Of a stretch of 64,000 nucleotides of DNA, positions 38,516 through 52,654 are shown piece by piece. The position numbers and the translations under genes were made by a program. Each line of letters starts with the position of its first letter. Position 1 is the stretch's first letter. The notes beneath the pieces are model-generated. The model saw only the letters and a program-made list of their open reading frames with translations. It did not search any database and was not told the origin of the DNA. Where the stretch lies: the NCBI RefSeq assembly GCF_018977255.1, contig NW_024704742.1, positions 106,704,001 through 106,768,000 of the forward strand, in the 5' to 3' direction. Source of the stretch: Callorhinchus milii (taxonomy: Eukaryota).

Positions 38516-39071
38516 CTGTAACAATAATTAAATTTTAAAATGACTTAAAAATAACAGTATTAGAATGAACAGAAGTTAACAGAAAACAAAATTACTTAAA
38601 ACTTAATCTCATCCCTTTTTCAGGATAAAATGCTTTTCATCTTAGGGGTCAGGTACATTGAGTGTCACAGTTAATATGTAATATCTGCCTTTATACAACA
38701 ATTCTATGAAATGAAGTCAGGTGGTAGCTGGATGTCAATGCAGAACCATAACTCCCTCAACTCATCAACACCAAGCAAAGCAGCCCAAATAAGTAGCGGG
38801 AGCACCCCTTCATGTGCTATGCATATGCTTCATTGTTAAAGCAATTATTTTGGACAGGAATCCAGGAAACTGAAAACTGGCTGAAATCACAACCTCAGTG
38901 AATCCAGCCAGGCCCAAGCCAACTGATACCATCCTTTAAAGCAAGGGCTTGTAAGTCTCTCATAACTAGCAAGGAGGTAGGTTTACTTCCCCCTCCCAAT
39001 CCACAAGTTGTTGAAACAGCAATGGACATATCCCAATCATAGTTACATGAGGACTCCGCCCAGAAGCTTAC

Positions 39072-39157
39072 CTTCTTCTTCGCTTGAGGTCTTTGGACAT
39101 CCTTGCGGAAGATAAGTTAACTGAACTTTGCGGTTTATACCAGAAAAGTGCCCATAC
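39072..39157 (-). CDS. PPIP5K2: PPIP5K2 coding exon 13 ([28 protein letters not shown])
   Basis: Overlaps ORF 39043..39315; 86 nt; donor GTAAG. Confidence 0.96.
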
Positions 39158-40298
39158 CTGATAAACAATTTTAAAAATCGAGAGAGAAACCAAAACAATA
39201 TTAGAACCATCATGCTTAGAACCACTACAAAGTCATCCGATATCAGAATGAAGTGTTTTCTGGTCCACAGTGTTGTTAGTCCCATTAGAGTGAATGATCC
39301 TATTCCTAAACACATCTAGCTCCACCAAGTAATTATCTTCACAGTATGTAAAGGTGGTCTCCCCCTCCCCCGTACTTAGATACAGTGAAAATCAGGTTCA
39401 GTTGGTAGCACTGCTCACAAAAGTTTGGGAATTCAAGTTCCACACTGGGACTTGGAACCCATATTGCCGACGCTGATACTCCAATGCAGTTTGGGGGTGT
39501 TCTGAATTGTTGGAGATTCCGTCCTTTGGATGAGACGTGAAACAGAGGTCCCACCTGGCTGTTCAGGTGAACGTTAAGGATTCCCAAAATAGAAGGGAGT
39601 TTCTTCTGGTATCCTATCCAACTATCCCCCAGTTAAAATTAGTCATTCACCTTGAATTTGTGAGACACTGCTGTGCACAAATTGGCTGCCACATTCACCC
39701 ACAAAACATGGTTACTGCACTTTATAGTATATCCTGTGAAGTGCTTTGAGACATCCTCGTGTGTGAAGGACACCATACCAAAAGTAAGGATCATTATTAA
39801 TAATATAGCACACAAATGACATTAGCAAACAGAATAACATTGCTCTCACTTTAGCAGCTTGAGCTCACCAGTCAACTTAGAAACTCTTCAAAAACAGCCA
39901 CTGTAACTAGAGTATTTGTTGATTTTATGTCTATGCATTAGCGCTTAAAGAAACTATCCAAAGCAACCAAATTTATATTTATAAAGTCGTTCAGAAGAAC
40001 ATCTCAAAGCACTTTCATGAAAGAGCATTTACGAACACACTCTAACATCCAGGGCTTGGTATCTACCTTGATTGGTATAGAGCAGCAGCTGCTGCAAAAT
40101 TGCCATGATGTTCCATCAATGGATATGGATGTCATGCATTTCATGCTGCTCACCAGGAAGCTCCCAAGAAGTGCTGTCCACCGAGCGAAGGTTCAAATCT
40201 GCTTTATTGGACGTCTAATGAGCAATTTATACTCTTTAGGGGAAAGCAAGTGAAATCTCCTTGGAGGCTGAGCTGGTTCTAAGGTAATGTGTCTGGCA

Positions 40299-40663
40299 AT
40301 AATAATAATCCTTACATTTGATATAGCGCCTTATCACGTCTTCAAGACGTATCAAAGCACTTCACAGAATATATTGTAAAGTGAACTGATTGTATATTTT
40401 GTGGGCAAAACACGGCAGTCAACTGCGCACAGCAGTGTCCCACAAACAGTTGTGGATTGAGTGATTAAAAAAGGATTAAAAAAGGAATTATTACCCCTAG
40501 AAAATCAATCCGCCAATTGACTATCAACCTGGTTCCTACTTACTGCTAGGTAAACAGACTTGTGTGGAGTAAGGAAATATGCCCAATGTTTCACCGTGTC
40601 GGGAATCAAACCAGATCTCTCACTTGCGAGGCGGTTGCTCTAACCACTGAACTACAGGACTCC
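40299..40663 (-). mobile_element. tRNA-derived SINE, long variant
   Basis: Same family consensus. Confidence 0.9.
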
Positions 40664-40714
40664 ATGACAATGGATTATCTGGATGCAGTCAATCCTTTGT
40701 GGTGTTCTCAGTAG

Positions 40715-41595
40715 TCTGGTTCCTGAGCCAGGTAGGTTTGCAACACTCCAAGCACTGTTAATGACAGACCGTCAGGTCTGGCTCGTCTGCAGAATTTGGA
40801 GGGCAAAGTAGTCATTGAGGGCAATGATTTTTCTGAAAGGTCCTGTAAATCCTGCAAATTAAAGTCCTAATTGGTGAAGTAAACAAACAGTGGGAAGATT
40901 GCCAGATAATGCTCTCAATGGCGAACTGGGCAGTTTTAGCTGGTTAACCTCGCCTACAAGGCCATTCACGGCCTTGCTCCCTCCTACCTTTCTGACTTAC
41001 TATCCCCCTACTTACCTGCCCGTACCCTCCGTTCCTCTGGCTCCGGTCTGCTCCACATCCCCCGCCCTAACGCCCTACCATCGGTGGCCGGGCCTTCAGC
41101 CTCTCAGCCCACAGGCTCTGGAACTCCATCCCCCAGTGCCTTCGCCGCCTCCTCCCTTTCCTGCTTCAAGGCCGGTCTCAAGACCTTTCTCTTTGACCGT
41201 GCCTTCAGCTCCCCTCTCGACTCTCTACCCCCTCCTCGCTCTCTCCCTTCCCTCCCCTCACCCTGACCATTTCCCCAATGCTCGGGTCCTGACCCAACTA
41301 TACAGCGCCTTGGGACGTCCTCCCGACGTGAAAGGCGCTCTATAAATGGAATCTTGTTGTTGTTGTTAACCTGCAGCAATACCCGGTGCACACTCCAGGT
41401 TCCCAAGCCTCAAATAGTGCCAATTTGTACTTAATGATTTCTTAAATTAGGAACGCAGGGTGTATCTCATCATGGAGAGTGCACATTTCATTTTCAGACA
41501 AATGGGAAATTGCCTTGTGTTGGTGGCATGCTATACAATTTGGATACTCTTCATCAAGGCAATGGGTTTCTGCATGCGTCAGACACCCAGCTGAG
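40715..41595 (+). mobile_element. Unassigned LINE 3' fragment interrupted by a young L2
   Basis: Host sequence is continuous on both sides of 40948-41367. Confidence 0.65.
40948..41367 (+). mobile_element. Young L2 3' end
   Basis: Same sequence as 18246-18673; GTTAACCT present at both junctions. Confidence 0.9.
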
Positions 41596-42185
41596 CCCCC
41601 CGAAAAGTGCTTTACAAATTACAGACTGACATAGTATTTGTTTATTGCATCATGTTCATGTATCCTGTACAATAGCAGGTCATAACTTCAGGTCTAGCCT
41701 TTGACTATAATTGAAGGATTAAATTAATGGCAGATTAAATCGTTGTATAACAATTCAATGTACAGGACTGTACCTATTCTATATATTGTTAAATCATAGA
41801 GGAAAATTGACTAGGAAGCTAGGAAAACACCCTACTATTCTTCAAGATAGTATCCTGGGATGTTTAACCTTCATCTGAGCCACTATAACGATCAGACATT
41901 TGTCTCATCCAAAGAATGACGACTCCAAGAATGCAGTAATTTGAAGCGCTTTGAGACGTCCAGAAGATGTGATAAGGCGCTATATCAAATGCAAGAATTA
42001 TTATTTTCTGCCATTAATGACAGAATTGTACAGATATTAGTTTTGAAAACAACATTTTATCAACACAGCAGAAAGTATTCTTTGTATGGAATAAGATAAC
42101 CATTATCAATGGTTACAGAACAATTCTACTTCTGCATTTTTATTGATTTTTACACATTTTATTTTATGTAAACAAGAATACTCAC

Positions 42186-42295
42186 ATCTCAAGTACGGAT
42201 TTCAGTTGTTCAAGTTTTGCTTTACTTTCTTCTATTTCTGAATCAGTCTTTTGGCCCAGCTCTGATAAAAGTTGTCTTGCAGTGTCCAAAACTTC
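42186..42295 (-). CDS. PPIP5K2: PPIP5K2 coding exon 12 ([15 protein letters not shown]...QLKSVLEM)
   Basis: Manual translation; AG/GTGAG; 110 nt. Confidence 0.96.
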
Positions 42296-44113
42296 CTAAA
42301 AGATTATTTGAAAAAATATGCTTTAACTACCTTAAACCAGAGTCCATTACAAAGACTCTTATGAAACTAAATTTTATTTCAAATTAGTTATATTGGTTTA
42401 GATGCTATTGGGAGTACAGCATGCAATTCTGTGTGCACCATTACCAAAAGAAACAGGAAACTTACAGAGAAGATTAGCATTAATACCAAAGATGAGTGTT
42501 TATGGTTTTCAGCAACAATTCAAAAAATTAGGTTTTCATCTAAAATTATATCTTTACTACAAATCTGGTTGGTGAAGTCCAAGACTTAGCACTATTTAGT
42601 CAGAGTTTGTATAATGAATCTGGGTGACAACTTGACCAAACTGTAGATGTACAAGACCACAAAACCAGAAAAGGCTACTTGACTCATCAAGTCCACTGAT
42701 GTTCAACTACAAGTTCTACATTGTAGAATTTGCGTACTTTCTCTATCTTGTGGTGAAATAAGTTTCGCAGGGATACTTACTGAATCCTAAAGGCAATCAG
42801 GATAAACTGTAGAATCTTCAGCCTTCATCAAATATCCATTATTCAAATCTGATCTTCTTCTCATCCCCAACATGTCCCACCCATCCCAGCATTCAGAGGC
42901 ACTGGGCTGCTTTACATCCCTGCTCTACCTGCCTTAGCATCGGTGGTTGGACTTTCAGCATATTTTCCCCCATGCTCTGGAGCTCCATCCCTTTGATTCG
43001 CACCTTCCCTTACCCACTTCAAGGTTCTCCTCAAATCCTTTCTCTTTGACTTTGTTCAGCCATTTTTCCTCCACCCCCAACCTCCCTTCAGGCTCCATCT
43101 CCAGTTCGGGTAAAAACCCTGAACTATCCAGCCCTTTGCGACATTCTCCCAATGTAAAAAGGGTTAAAAAATGTGTACTATATTTGCTTAATTGGTGAAA
43201 ACTGCCTTGAATGCTGGTTATTTTAGCTGTCTGCCCACATAGTTTGGTATCGTTAGCAAAGGTTATGATTGTTGCATTGGTATCAGAGTTTGCGTACACA
43301 TTAATTAAAGTTGAACTTATTGAACTGAACTACATTCCCCTTTTTCTATACATAAATGCATCAAATAATCTTGTTTTCCAGAACCATTGAAACTCTCTCC
43401 AACTGAACCCAATTAACTTATCTAACATATAATAAATAACAACAATAATCCTTGCATTTGATATAGTGCTTTTCACATCGTCTAGACATCTCAAAGTGCT
43501 TCACAGAATATAAAAATATAAAACAAAATAAATTGGTCACTTCAATCCACAACTGTTAATACACAGTCAATTCATTTTACAGTATATTCTGTGAAGCGCT
43601 TTGAGACATCTCAAAGACGTGAAAAGCGCTATATGAAATGCAAGGATTATTATTATCATAAAGTGAATTGACTGTATATTTGTGCGTGAAACGCGGGAGC
43701 CAATTGTGCACAGCAGTGTCCCACAAACAGTTGTGGATTGAGTAACCAAATTATTTTTTTTTGAAGGACATCCAAGCTTATGATATTTTGGATCCAGCTG
43801 ATCCAAAACTCTGCTGCCCTCATACTCACCCACACTAACTTCAATCGCACCCATCACATCAATTCTAGCCAGACTCCACTGACTCCATGTTGCTGATTGT
43901 ATCATTTTTAACATCTTCACATTCATTTTCAAATCCCTTCATGCTGACACTCAAATGCGTGAGTGGTGCTATATAAATGCAAGTTGTTATTTCCGATCTG
44001 TTACAGTATTTAACTCAAAGGACTACAAATCACACTGCATAATTATGGGTCTCTGAGACCTGTGAAATGGTGATGCATCACCTTCAGGAAGCTCTAATAA
44101 AGCATGATCTTGC

Positions 44114-44189
44114 CTGTAATTGCTTTGGCTTCTTTAGCTTTATTTTTCCTTCTTTGTATCCATTATATTTTTCAAAGAGGTCAAAAAAC
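44114..44189 (-). CDS. PPIP5K2: PPIP5K2 coding exon 11 ([25 protein letters not shown]), GC donor
   Basis: Manual translation; 76 nt; ends CAG|GCAAGA and joins the next exon (EVLD) in phase 0. Confidence 0.93.
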
Positions 44190-44408
44190 CTAACAGATTC
44201 AAAGTGGGAAACAACATTAAAATTGTACATTATAACATACAATTACAATACATACATATTTTGAACTGCAGTGAAAATGACAACCACATGATTCAATACT
44301 TTAACAGATATGCAATATAAAAACAAATCTACTGAAAAAGCTCAAATGACATATACGTAAAAATATTAAAAACTTACTACTTCTTAATGGGTATAAAGAG
44401 TGTCTTAC

Positions 44409-44495
44409 CTCTGATGCCTTACTTCCATTTTCATTTTTTGCTTTGGAGTACGATCCCCATGTCTTATAACTGCTATAACGCATCGAAGCTCCATC
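44409..44495 (-). CDS. PPIP5K2: PPIP5K2 coding exon 10 ([29 protein letters not shown])
   Basis: RHGxRxP histidine acid phosphatase motif; 87 nt; AG/GTAAG. Confidence 0.97.
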
Positions 44496-45349
44496 CTACT
44501 CAGCAACACAGAAAATCAGAAACTGAGCATGCAGGTTTTCAAACCCCAAAATACACTCACTACACTTTTCAGAATATCCTATGAAGCACTTTGAGACGTC
44601 TTAACGTGAAATGCGCTGTATCAAATGCAAGGATTACTGTTATTTATTATTATTATTACTTAGGTTCTAGGAAGTAGTACCATTCTGCTTGAATGACTGC
44701 TAAAATAAGGCTAGTTTGTTTGGGTGCTTTGGGCAAGTAAACGAATACACTCAATAACAGCCCTCTTTATTGTACATATTTTCCCCATACCCTGAAATGG
44801 AGCGCCAGAATGGCCCAGTTGGTAACACTTTCGCTTCTGTGCAGGATGTGGATTCAAGCCCCACATTGAGATTTTAAACTAGGCTGACACTCAAATGGAG
44901 TGCTGTGGGTGTGTTGTATTGCTGGATGTACCATCCTTCGACAAGATGTTAAACTGAGGTCCCATCTGTCTGTTTTAGTAGACATTAAAGATCCAATAGC
45001 CAACAATCCCACAAATAAAATTGGTCACTCATTACATGGCTATTTGTGGGACACTGGTGTGCATAAATTGGCCTACAAATTACAAAGCCATTTTACTTAA
45101 AAGTAAAATACCTGTGCAGTACCTTTGGGACGTTTAGACAAAGTGATAAAAAGCTATATCAAATGCAAGGATTATTATTATTATCATCTATTAGGATGTC
45201 TGACTCCTTTTGTTCCACTGCTATATAATGAGCAAAGGGAAGTCTATGGCTATTTTTCAACTTCTAGTACCATGCCAAGTGGTTGTAACTCAACAACAAC
45301 AAATCTACATTTATAGATTTGCCTACATTTGTAGTGTAAATTTTGCTAT

Positions 45350-48300
45350 CCTTCTGCTACCTTGTCCTCCCTCCTTTCCCTCCTCGTCTCTGGCACCTAA
45401 GCCATGATCGCCATCCCCCCTCTCCCACAGCCCGCGGGCTAATGCTGCTCCACTGATTGCAAGCTCCCAGTCTCTACGTGTATGTTTTGGCTGCCGCCCT
45501 GACCTGCTCCCTCTCACCCCCACCCGCCCCAACCAAAGTGACGGTGGTGTGGCCCTCATATCCCAAGCTTCCGCTGATCTATCTCCCTTTCCCTCTGGCT
45601 GTTTTTCTTCCTTTGAGCACCTCACCCTCTACCATCCCTCCTCTCGCTCCCTCAAAATTCTCCTAATTTACCAAACCCCCTAAACCTCCTCTCTCCTCTC
45701 ATGCCTGTCCCTCTGCTCATCATGGGTGATTTCAATCTCCATCTTAACTCCCATTGCACCTCCTCCTTGAATTTCACTGCCCTTCTCACCTCCCTAAACC
45801 TCACCCTCCACATGAATTTGCTGACCCATAACCATGGCCACCCCCTCGATCTCATCATCACACATGGCCTTGACATTTCCGACCTGTTCATCATGGACAA
45901 GGCCACCTCGGACCATTTCCTCATCTCTCTCTCCTCCTGCATCCCCTCCCCTCTTCCAAGCCCACCACCATTTTTTTCCACCCCTGGAAGAAGCGTTTGT
46001 CACTTCCCGTTTAGATTACTCCAAAGCACTCCTCGCCAGTCTCCTCAGCTCCACCATTCACAAGATCCAGCTCATTCAAAACTCTGCCGCCCACATACTG
46101 ACCCAGACCATACTCTGTACCCACATCTCACCAGTTCTGGCTAGTTTCCACTGACTCCCCATCACCAAATGGATTGACTTCAAGATCCTCTCTCATGTTC
46201 AAATCCATTCACTCTGATACCTCCCTACCTCTGACCTCCTCACTCCCCAATCCACCACTTGACTGGCAATGACCTCCTGCTCGGCCCTCACATCCTCCAC
46301 CCCACAATTGGAGGTCATGCTTTCAGCCACTACGTCCCAAGACTCTGGAACACTCTCCCTCAATCCCTCTGCCTTGCCCCTCTTTCAAGTCCCGCCTGAA
46401 AACTCTTCAACCGTGCTTACAGCCACCTCCCCCTGGCTTGGAGTCAGGCTCTGCCACTGTTAAGCGCTCTGAGACACTACCCTGCGTGGAGGGCCCTATA
46501 TATGTGCAAGTTATTGTTGTTATTGTCGTCCTCCTGGATCTCTCTGCTGCATTCGACACAGTCTACCAGCCATCCTCCTCTACCACTTCTCCTCTCATCC
46601 ACCTTAGTGGGACCGCACTCACATGGTTTGGGTTCTACTTAACCAACTGCCTTCACTGCATCTTGGCAAATGGTTTCTCCTCCCGCTCCCACCCAGTCAC
46701 TTGCGGGGTACCTAGGGCTCCATCCTTGACCGTTTTCTTTTCTCATTTATATGATCCTGTAATGTCATTCACAGACATGACACACAAATCTACTTTGTCT
46801 CCTCCAGCATTGACTCCATGTATACCGATGTTCTAGTAGCTTGTCTGGCAGACATCAGGGCCTGGATGAGCGCAAAGTTCCTGCAGCTGAATGTGGACAA
46901 GACGGAAGCCATACTCGACTCCTGTCAATGTCTTCACTCCTGCCAATCTGAACCCCTCTGCCTCCCTGGGTTCTCCTTCAGACTCACCGAACCAGTGCGC
47001 AACCTAGCCATCCAGTTCGACCCCCAACTGTGCTTCCTCCCCCACGTCCGGTCCCTGACCAGGACCGCCTTCCTTCACCTCTGCCACATTGCCCGCCTCC
47101 GACTGTACCTTACCCCAAATGCAGCTGAAATCCTTGTGTGCGAGTTTGTCACCTCCCTCTTGAATTATTCCAACTCACTCTTCACTCCCCAGCTCCACTA
47201 GAACTCTGCTGTCCGCATACTTAACCGGACCAAATTCTGTACCCCCAGCACACCAGTTCTGGCCAGGCTCCACTGGCTCCTCATTACCGAACGGATCAAC
47301 TACAAGATCCTCACACTTGTGTTCAAATCCATTCACTCCCTGGCACCTCCCTACCTCTCTGACCTCCCCTCACTCTCCAATTCACCACCTAGCCTACGCT
47401 CGACTGACACCAGCCTTTTGCTTGTTCCTTCCAATCTCCACCCCACCATTTGAGGTCGCGCTTTCAGCCACTACGCCCCAAAGCTCTGGAACACTCCCTC
47501 TCAATCCCTCCGCTTCGCCTGCGCTGTCCTTTTTCAAATTCCGCCTGAAAACCTTCCTTTTCAATCATGCTTCCACCCCACCGCCTCTTCACCTACCTCC
47601 CCGCCCCCACCCCCAGCTCGGAGTCAGGCTCCGCATCTGTTAAGCACTCTGAGACGTTGCCCTGTGTGGAGGGCGCTATGTAAGTGCAAGTTATACGGTC
47701 AATTCACTTTACAGTCTATTCTGTGAAGCGCTTTGAGACTTCAAGAAGACGTGAAAAGCGCTATATCAAATGCAAGGATTATTATTATTATTAAGTTGTT
47801 GTTGATGATATCACCCATAGACATGGGGTAAACTTCCACATGTGTGCGGATGATAGCCAACTCTATCTCTTCGTCTCCACCCTCGACTCCAGGACCACTG
47901 CTGCCCTCACAGACTGCTTGTCGGACATGCAGATGACACACAAACTTCCTCCAGTTGAATGTCAACAAGAACGAGGCTCCCGTCAGCGCCTCCATACTTC
48001 GGGCGCTGACAGCATCACCCTTCATGGATGCACTCTACACCTCACGGAACCAATACGGAACCTCAGCATCCTGTTCGACCCTCAAGTATCCTTCATCCCC
48101 ACATCCGTGCCATGACCCGCTCCGCCACTGTCTTTTGCCCCAGGCATCCGAGACCCTAATCCACATATTCATCATATCCAGGCTCGACTACGCAAACTCC
48201 CTGCTTGTCGGCCTCCCCAACTCCTCCCTCCACAGGCTGCAGATCATCCACCCCTCCTGATCCCAACCACCAGCTTGGGTGCAGATCCGACTGTCCAGCG

Positions 48301-48350
48301 CCTTGGGACGTGCTCTTGAAGTGAAAGGGCGCTATATAAATGTAATTTGT
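45350..48350 (+). mobile_element. Cluster of three L2 fragments (one with an APE endonuclease remnant) plus a SINE tail
   Basis: IMGDFNLH and THNHGHPLDLII (endonuclease); LLDLSAAFDT and ADDSQLY (RT); L2 tails near 46500, 47680 and 48340. Confidence 0.88.
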
Positions 48351-48426
48351 TAAATGTAATACTTCATTTAATCCATGACTACTAATCATTGTTGCTTTGT
48401 ATATTACCCATCTGTAACTGACTTAC

Positions 48427-48528
48427 ATTGTGCCAGATGTGGTAGGTACAATAGGAATGTCTTCAGCTTCTGTGGGAACAGACCATGGAATTTGAAACTG
48501 TGGAGCTAACTCTCGCATAATAAGATTT
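48427..48528 (-). CDS. PPIP5K2: PPIP5K2 coding exon 9 ([15 protein letters not shown]...TTSGTM)
   Basis: Overlaps ORF 48423..48656; 102 nt; donor GTAAGT. Confidence 0.96.
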
Positions 48529-49864
48529 CTGTAAAAGAAAAAAGCATTTATATAAAAAGAACCAAAAAATCTGAGAAATATAGTGGACGATTTAGCATAC
48601 AGAACACACTGTGTTAAGTGATGCATTTGCAATATAGCATTAACCAGCCAACACATTGTTTATATGACGTGTGCAAAATGATTTAGAATTTTTTAAATAT
48701 TACCACAGACACCATCTAGTGGCCATTATGTGCAAAGTGCCTTTATCTTTCTGAAATACAATTTCTCATTTGATAACAAGAGTTCGGCTGCAGAAGGTCC
48801 TTCAACCCATTTAATCTCAACTTTCCAGAACTTCCATCACAATATCAAGCTGCATTTTAAATGAATCTGATTTCCTGGCCTCAACCACCCTCTTGGTAAC
48901 CTGTTTCAGTCGCTAAAGAAATACTTCCTGGCCTGTCCTAAAATTGCCCATTGCAACCCTAAAACTGTATGCTTTTCACCTGCTATCTGGAAAATCTATT
49001 CCGAGTTTGATTTCTGAATTCCACTTAAATTCTTAGATATGTCTATAAGGTCTGCCATGATATGTCTCTTTTCAAAACTGATTTTCAAAAAGAGCCCTAA
49101 CTTGTCTAATTGTTGATCATAATACATTGCTTTAATTCTGGGGATCATCCTTATTAAGAGAAGGAAAGTGATCTTATCCCAGTGTCCTGGCCAAGAATCC
49201 CCAAATAAAATTGGTCACTCAGTCCACGGCTACTTGTGGTTCAATGCTTGCACTTTTTGCTCTTGTATTCACCCACAAATTATACATAGTCACATCACCT
49301 TAAAGGATATCCCGTGAAGCGCAATAAGGTGATAAGGCACTATATTAAATGCAAAGATTATTTAAGATTAATATTATTACTCTTCTCTGCACTGCCTTTC
49401 GGGCCTGGCAGCTCCCTTAAGTGGTAGACTGCAACCAGTATCCGAGATGCAGCCTGAGCAAAGCAGTAGACAGTTTGAGTGCGACTTGTGGATGGATCTG
49501 AACTCAATTGATTTGGCAATATTTGGCCCAGTCTTGTTTATTACTTTATTTATTGCTGCCTCACACTGATAATGACATGGAAGTGATGTCAACTAATATC
49601 TTTAGATCTTTTTCATCTTCCCTTTTGGCAAAGATATCATCCAACAAAATCATTCAGAAGTGACATACCAATGGTACCAGCATATTACTGTAGACATATT
49701 ATATTGAGATGTTTACTGTATAGATATTGAAATTATTAAATTCAATTTGTTAATCTTTGCTTTAGATTCAACAAGCTCAATCTTACTCTAAATTAAAATT
49801 GGTAATAATTTTCTAAATCATTCTTCAAAGCAATAGCAGTGCTAGGAATGAACACAAACCTTAC

Positions 49865-49986
49865 CCCAAAATCTTTGCACAATCATCATAATACTTCATA
49901 GAATTCTTCACAAAGCTGAAGCCATTGACATCACACACATACGATTGGCCATTGGCACGCAACAAGTCAAAGCCACAAACAGTTTG
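49865..49986 (-). CDS. PPIP5K2: PPIP5K2 coding exon 8 ([10 protein letters not shown]...[10 protein letters not shown]...AKILG)
   Basis: Catalytic GFDLLR and DVNGFSFVK kinase motifs; 122 nt; donor GTAAG. Confidence 0.97.
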
Positions 49987-50728
49987 CTGTCAACAAATAA
50001 GTGCAGATACAGTTGAATCAATCCATCAGAACAATGTAAATATGCAGTTTCTTTAAATAACTGTCATGAGAAGATCATAGCTGTAGGTTGTACTACAATA
50101 TAAAATCAACAGTTTGATGACAGTATTTAGCAAATTCAACAAAATTTGCATCAATGTCTTGGCCATCAAAATTAAAGATTTTACATTTGATTTAAGAACA
50201 GTCCGAGATCAATATGAAATTTGCATCAAACCTAATACTAAGCATAAGAAAGTGCTCCTTAAGAAAAATCCATTCACCTTCTGATGACATTTCTTACTTT
50301 GGTGGTATTATAATTTTCCGAATTGAACCTCAATAACTTTAAACAAAAGAAAACACCACATAATTTTTAAAAATGTATTAATGAGCCAATTTGAAGAGAG
50401 TAAGAAGAACCTTTAGAATGGCAACTCATTTCCAAGGTTAATATTTTGTACTCCAAAATATTAGATAAGGAACGAACATTAACTTTAATTTTATGCCACA
50501 TTGTAAACTTTTTGGTCTAAATCAGTAATAATTAAATTTCACATTCAATGAGTAAAAATATAACTGCTCTTCATCTTTGAACCTTGATCGTATTCCCGAG
50601 AATAACCCTAACAAAGGTTCATTGCTGATGATTGTTAGTACAGCCAAAGAAAACACAACAATTCCAAGCACTTGGCAAAGATGACAATTGAATATATTGA
50701 ACTGCAATCTTATAATTTATTCTCCTAC

Positions 50729-50890
50729 CTTAAAAGCAAGGCAAACTTTCCAAGCAATTAACTTCTCTCTGGCATTGAGAATAACAGGATACCGAACTTC
50801 TTTTCCTTCACTGTCTCGCTCAACCTTGCCATCAAGAGCAGGAGATTTGCGAGCCTCTGCATGAGCATAATCTGGCCCCACTGTGTAAAC
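50729..50890 (-). CDS. PPIP5K2: PPIP5K2 coding exon 7 ([17 protein letters not shown]...VCLAFK)
   Basis: Manual translation; AG/GT; 162 nt. Confidence 0.97.
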
Positions 50891-51147
50891 CTTGACAACA
50901 AATTTAAAAATAAACTATGTAACTTTGTTGCAGCTGACAGATGTGTACATTGAAAAGGATGATATGATCTGCTTTCAAATTCAGTTTATCTCTGAGACAG
51001 ATACAATGACAATACAGTGTATTAAGTTTAAGTTGCCTGGCAACATCTAAGATTTTTAAAAGAAATTCTTGAATCTTACTCGATAAAAACAGCAAAAAAT
51101 GTGGGCAATAAATTCACTATGTTCACCTAATGCAAGCATTTTTATTG

Positions 51148-51427
51148 TAATAATAATCCTTGCATTTGATATAGCACTTTTCACGTCTTCCAGACGTCTC
51201 AAATTGACTGTATATTTGTGGGCGAAATGCGGCAGCCAATTGCGCACAGCAGGGTCCACAAACGTTCGTGGATTGAAATGACCAATTTATTATTGTTTTT
51301 TTTGAGGGATTATTATTAGGCGCGTGTGGAGTAAGGAAACTTGTCCAAGATTTCACCCTGCCGGGAATCGAACCCAGTTGTCCATCTTGCAAAGCGAGTG
51401 CTCTAATCTCTGAGCTACAGGACTCCA
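51148..51427 (-). mobile_element. tRNA-derived SINE, short variant
   Basis: Same family consensus. Confidence 0.88.
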
Positions 51428-51571
51428 TTCAAAGACTTCTGAAATTTGGATGATTAATCAAAAAATCTGTTGTGCACTTAAAACGCTTTAAGCCTTTTGA
51501 TATTTGTAAATCGAACATGCACCATAATATGCAGAAAATAGGATTTACAGTAGTCTAATTAATCTCCGTAC

Positions 51572-51673
51572 CTTTACATCTGTCCCATCCGTTGGCATAA
51601 ACTCCTCATATATATAAGAACCAGTTTTTCTAACATTGCTTTCAGGAGAATAGACACTGCTTCTGCTGCCAAT
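51572..51673 (-). CDS. PPIP5K2: PPIP5K2 coding exon 6 ([12 protein letters not shown]...TDGTDVK)
   Basis: Manual translation; AG/GT; 102 nt, phase 0 to 0. Confidence 0.97.
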
Positions 51674-52654
51674 CTGGAAAGAAAGCCAGTAGCATTTCCA
51701 TTATTTTGTGCCTATAGATTTCAAAAGCATAGCTGAGTGCATAATGTTTAATGTAACTTTGCAAAACATTAGAGTTCTCAACATTCAAACTTTGCAAGAG
51801 AAACTTTCGCAACACAATTCAGTCAGAATCATACAAAATAACCAAGGTAGTGCACCAACCAGTTCAGCACTCAGAGAGGTTGATAGAATCAGAATCAGAA
51901 ACACATAGCTGCTAGCAAGAAATAAACAAGGTGACTTGAATCTTGCTTACATTAATTGTAGAGAGTTACGACTCAGGTGAGACCTGATGTCAGAAAAGCA
52001 CACATCAGTAACAGCCTTGTAATTGGTTTAGAGGCAGAAATACAGTTCAGCATCATCAGAACACATGAGGAAGTGAAGTCATGATGACAGTGCCAAGGGG
52101 TAAAATGTAGATGACACCCTCTGTACACCAGAAACAGCATGGGATTGGAAGCCAATTTGAAAGATGTGAGTCTTTAAAGGATTCAAATATCCACCCAACT
52201 AATTTTGTTAACTGCAAGATCTCACTTCTGTAAATTATCTGGATTGCAGCATTTCACAAAATATTGTATTTACAATTTCAAAATGCACTGAAAGAAAATT
52301 TAGGCCAATTGTTTTCTTTCCTGTAGCATTCTCTAACTCAGAGCAATCATTCTAAATCTATAGGGGAAAATAATCTCTTATAAGGGGTTAGGACAGCATA
52401 AAATGCTTTGCATATACAAAGTTTCATGGGCAGAGAAAAGTTGCTTCCAATGAGTTTCAAATGCTGAATCAGTTGGGCTTAACCAATAGCATCTGAAATA
52501 CAGTGTGTGCCAAGTTGCATATTGGCATCAATAGCAATTTAAAAACAAGCTCAAGTCATCGTTTCCTGCATTTTTGCATGCTATAATTATCAACAAAATA
52601 CTACAGAACATCCCTTTCAATGCTGTAATTGTCAGCTAATACAGCAAAACATAC

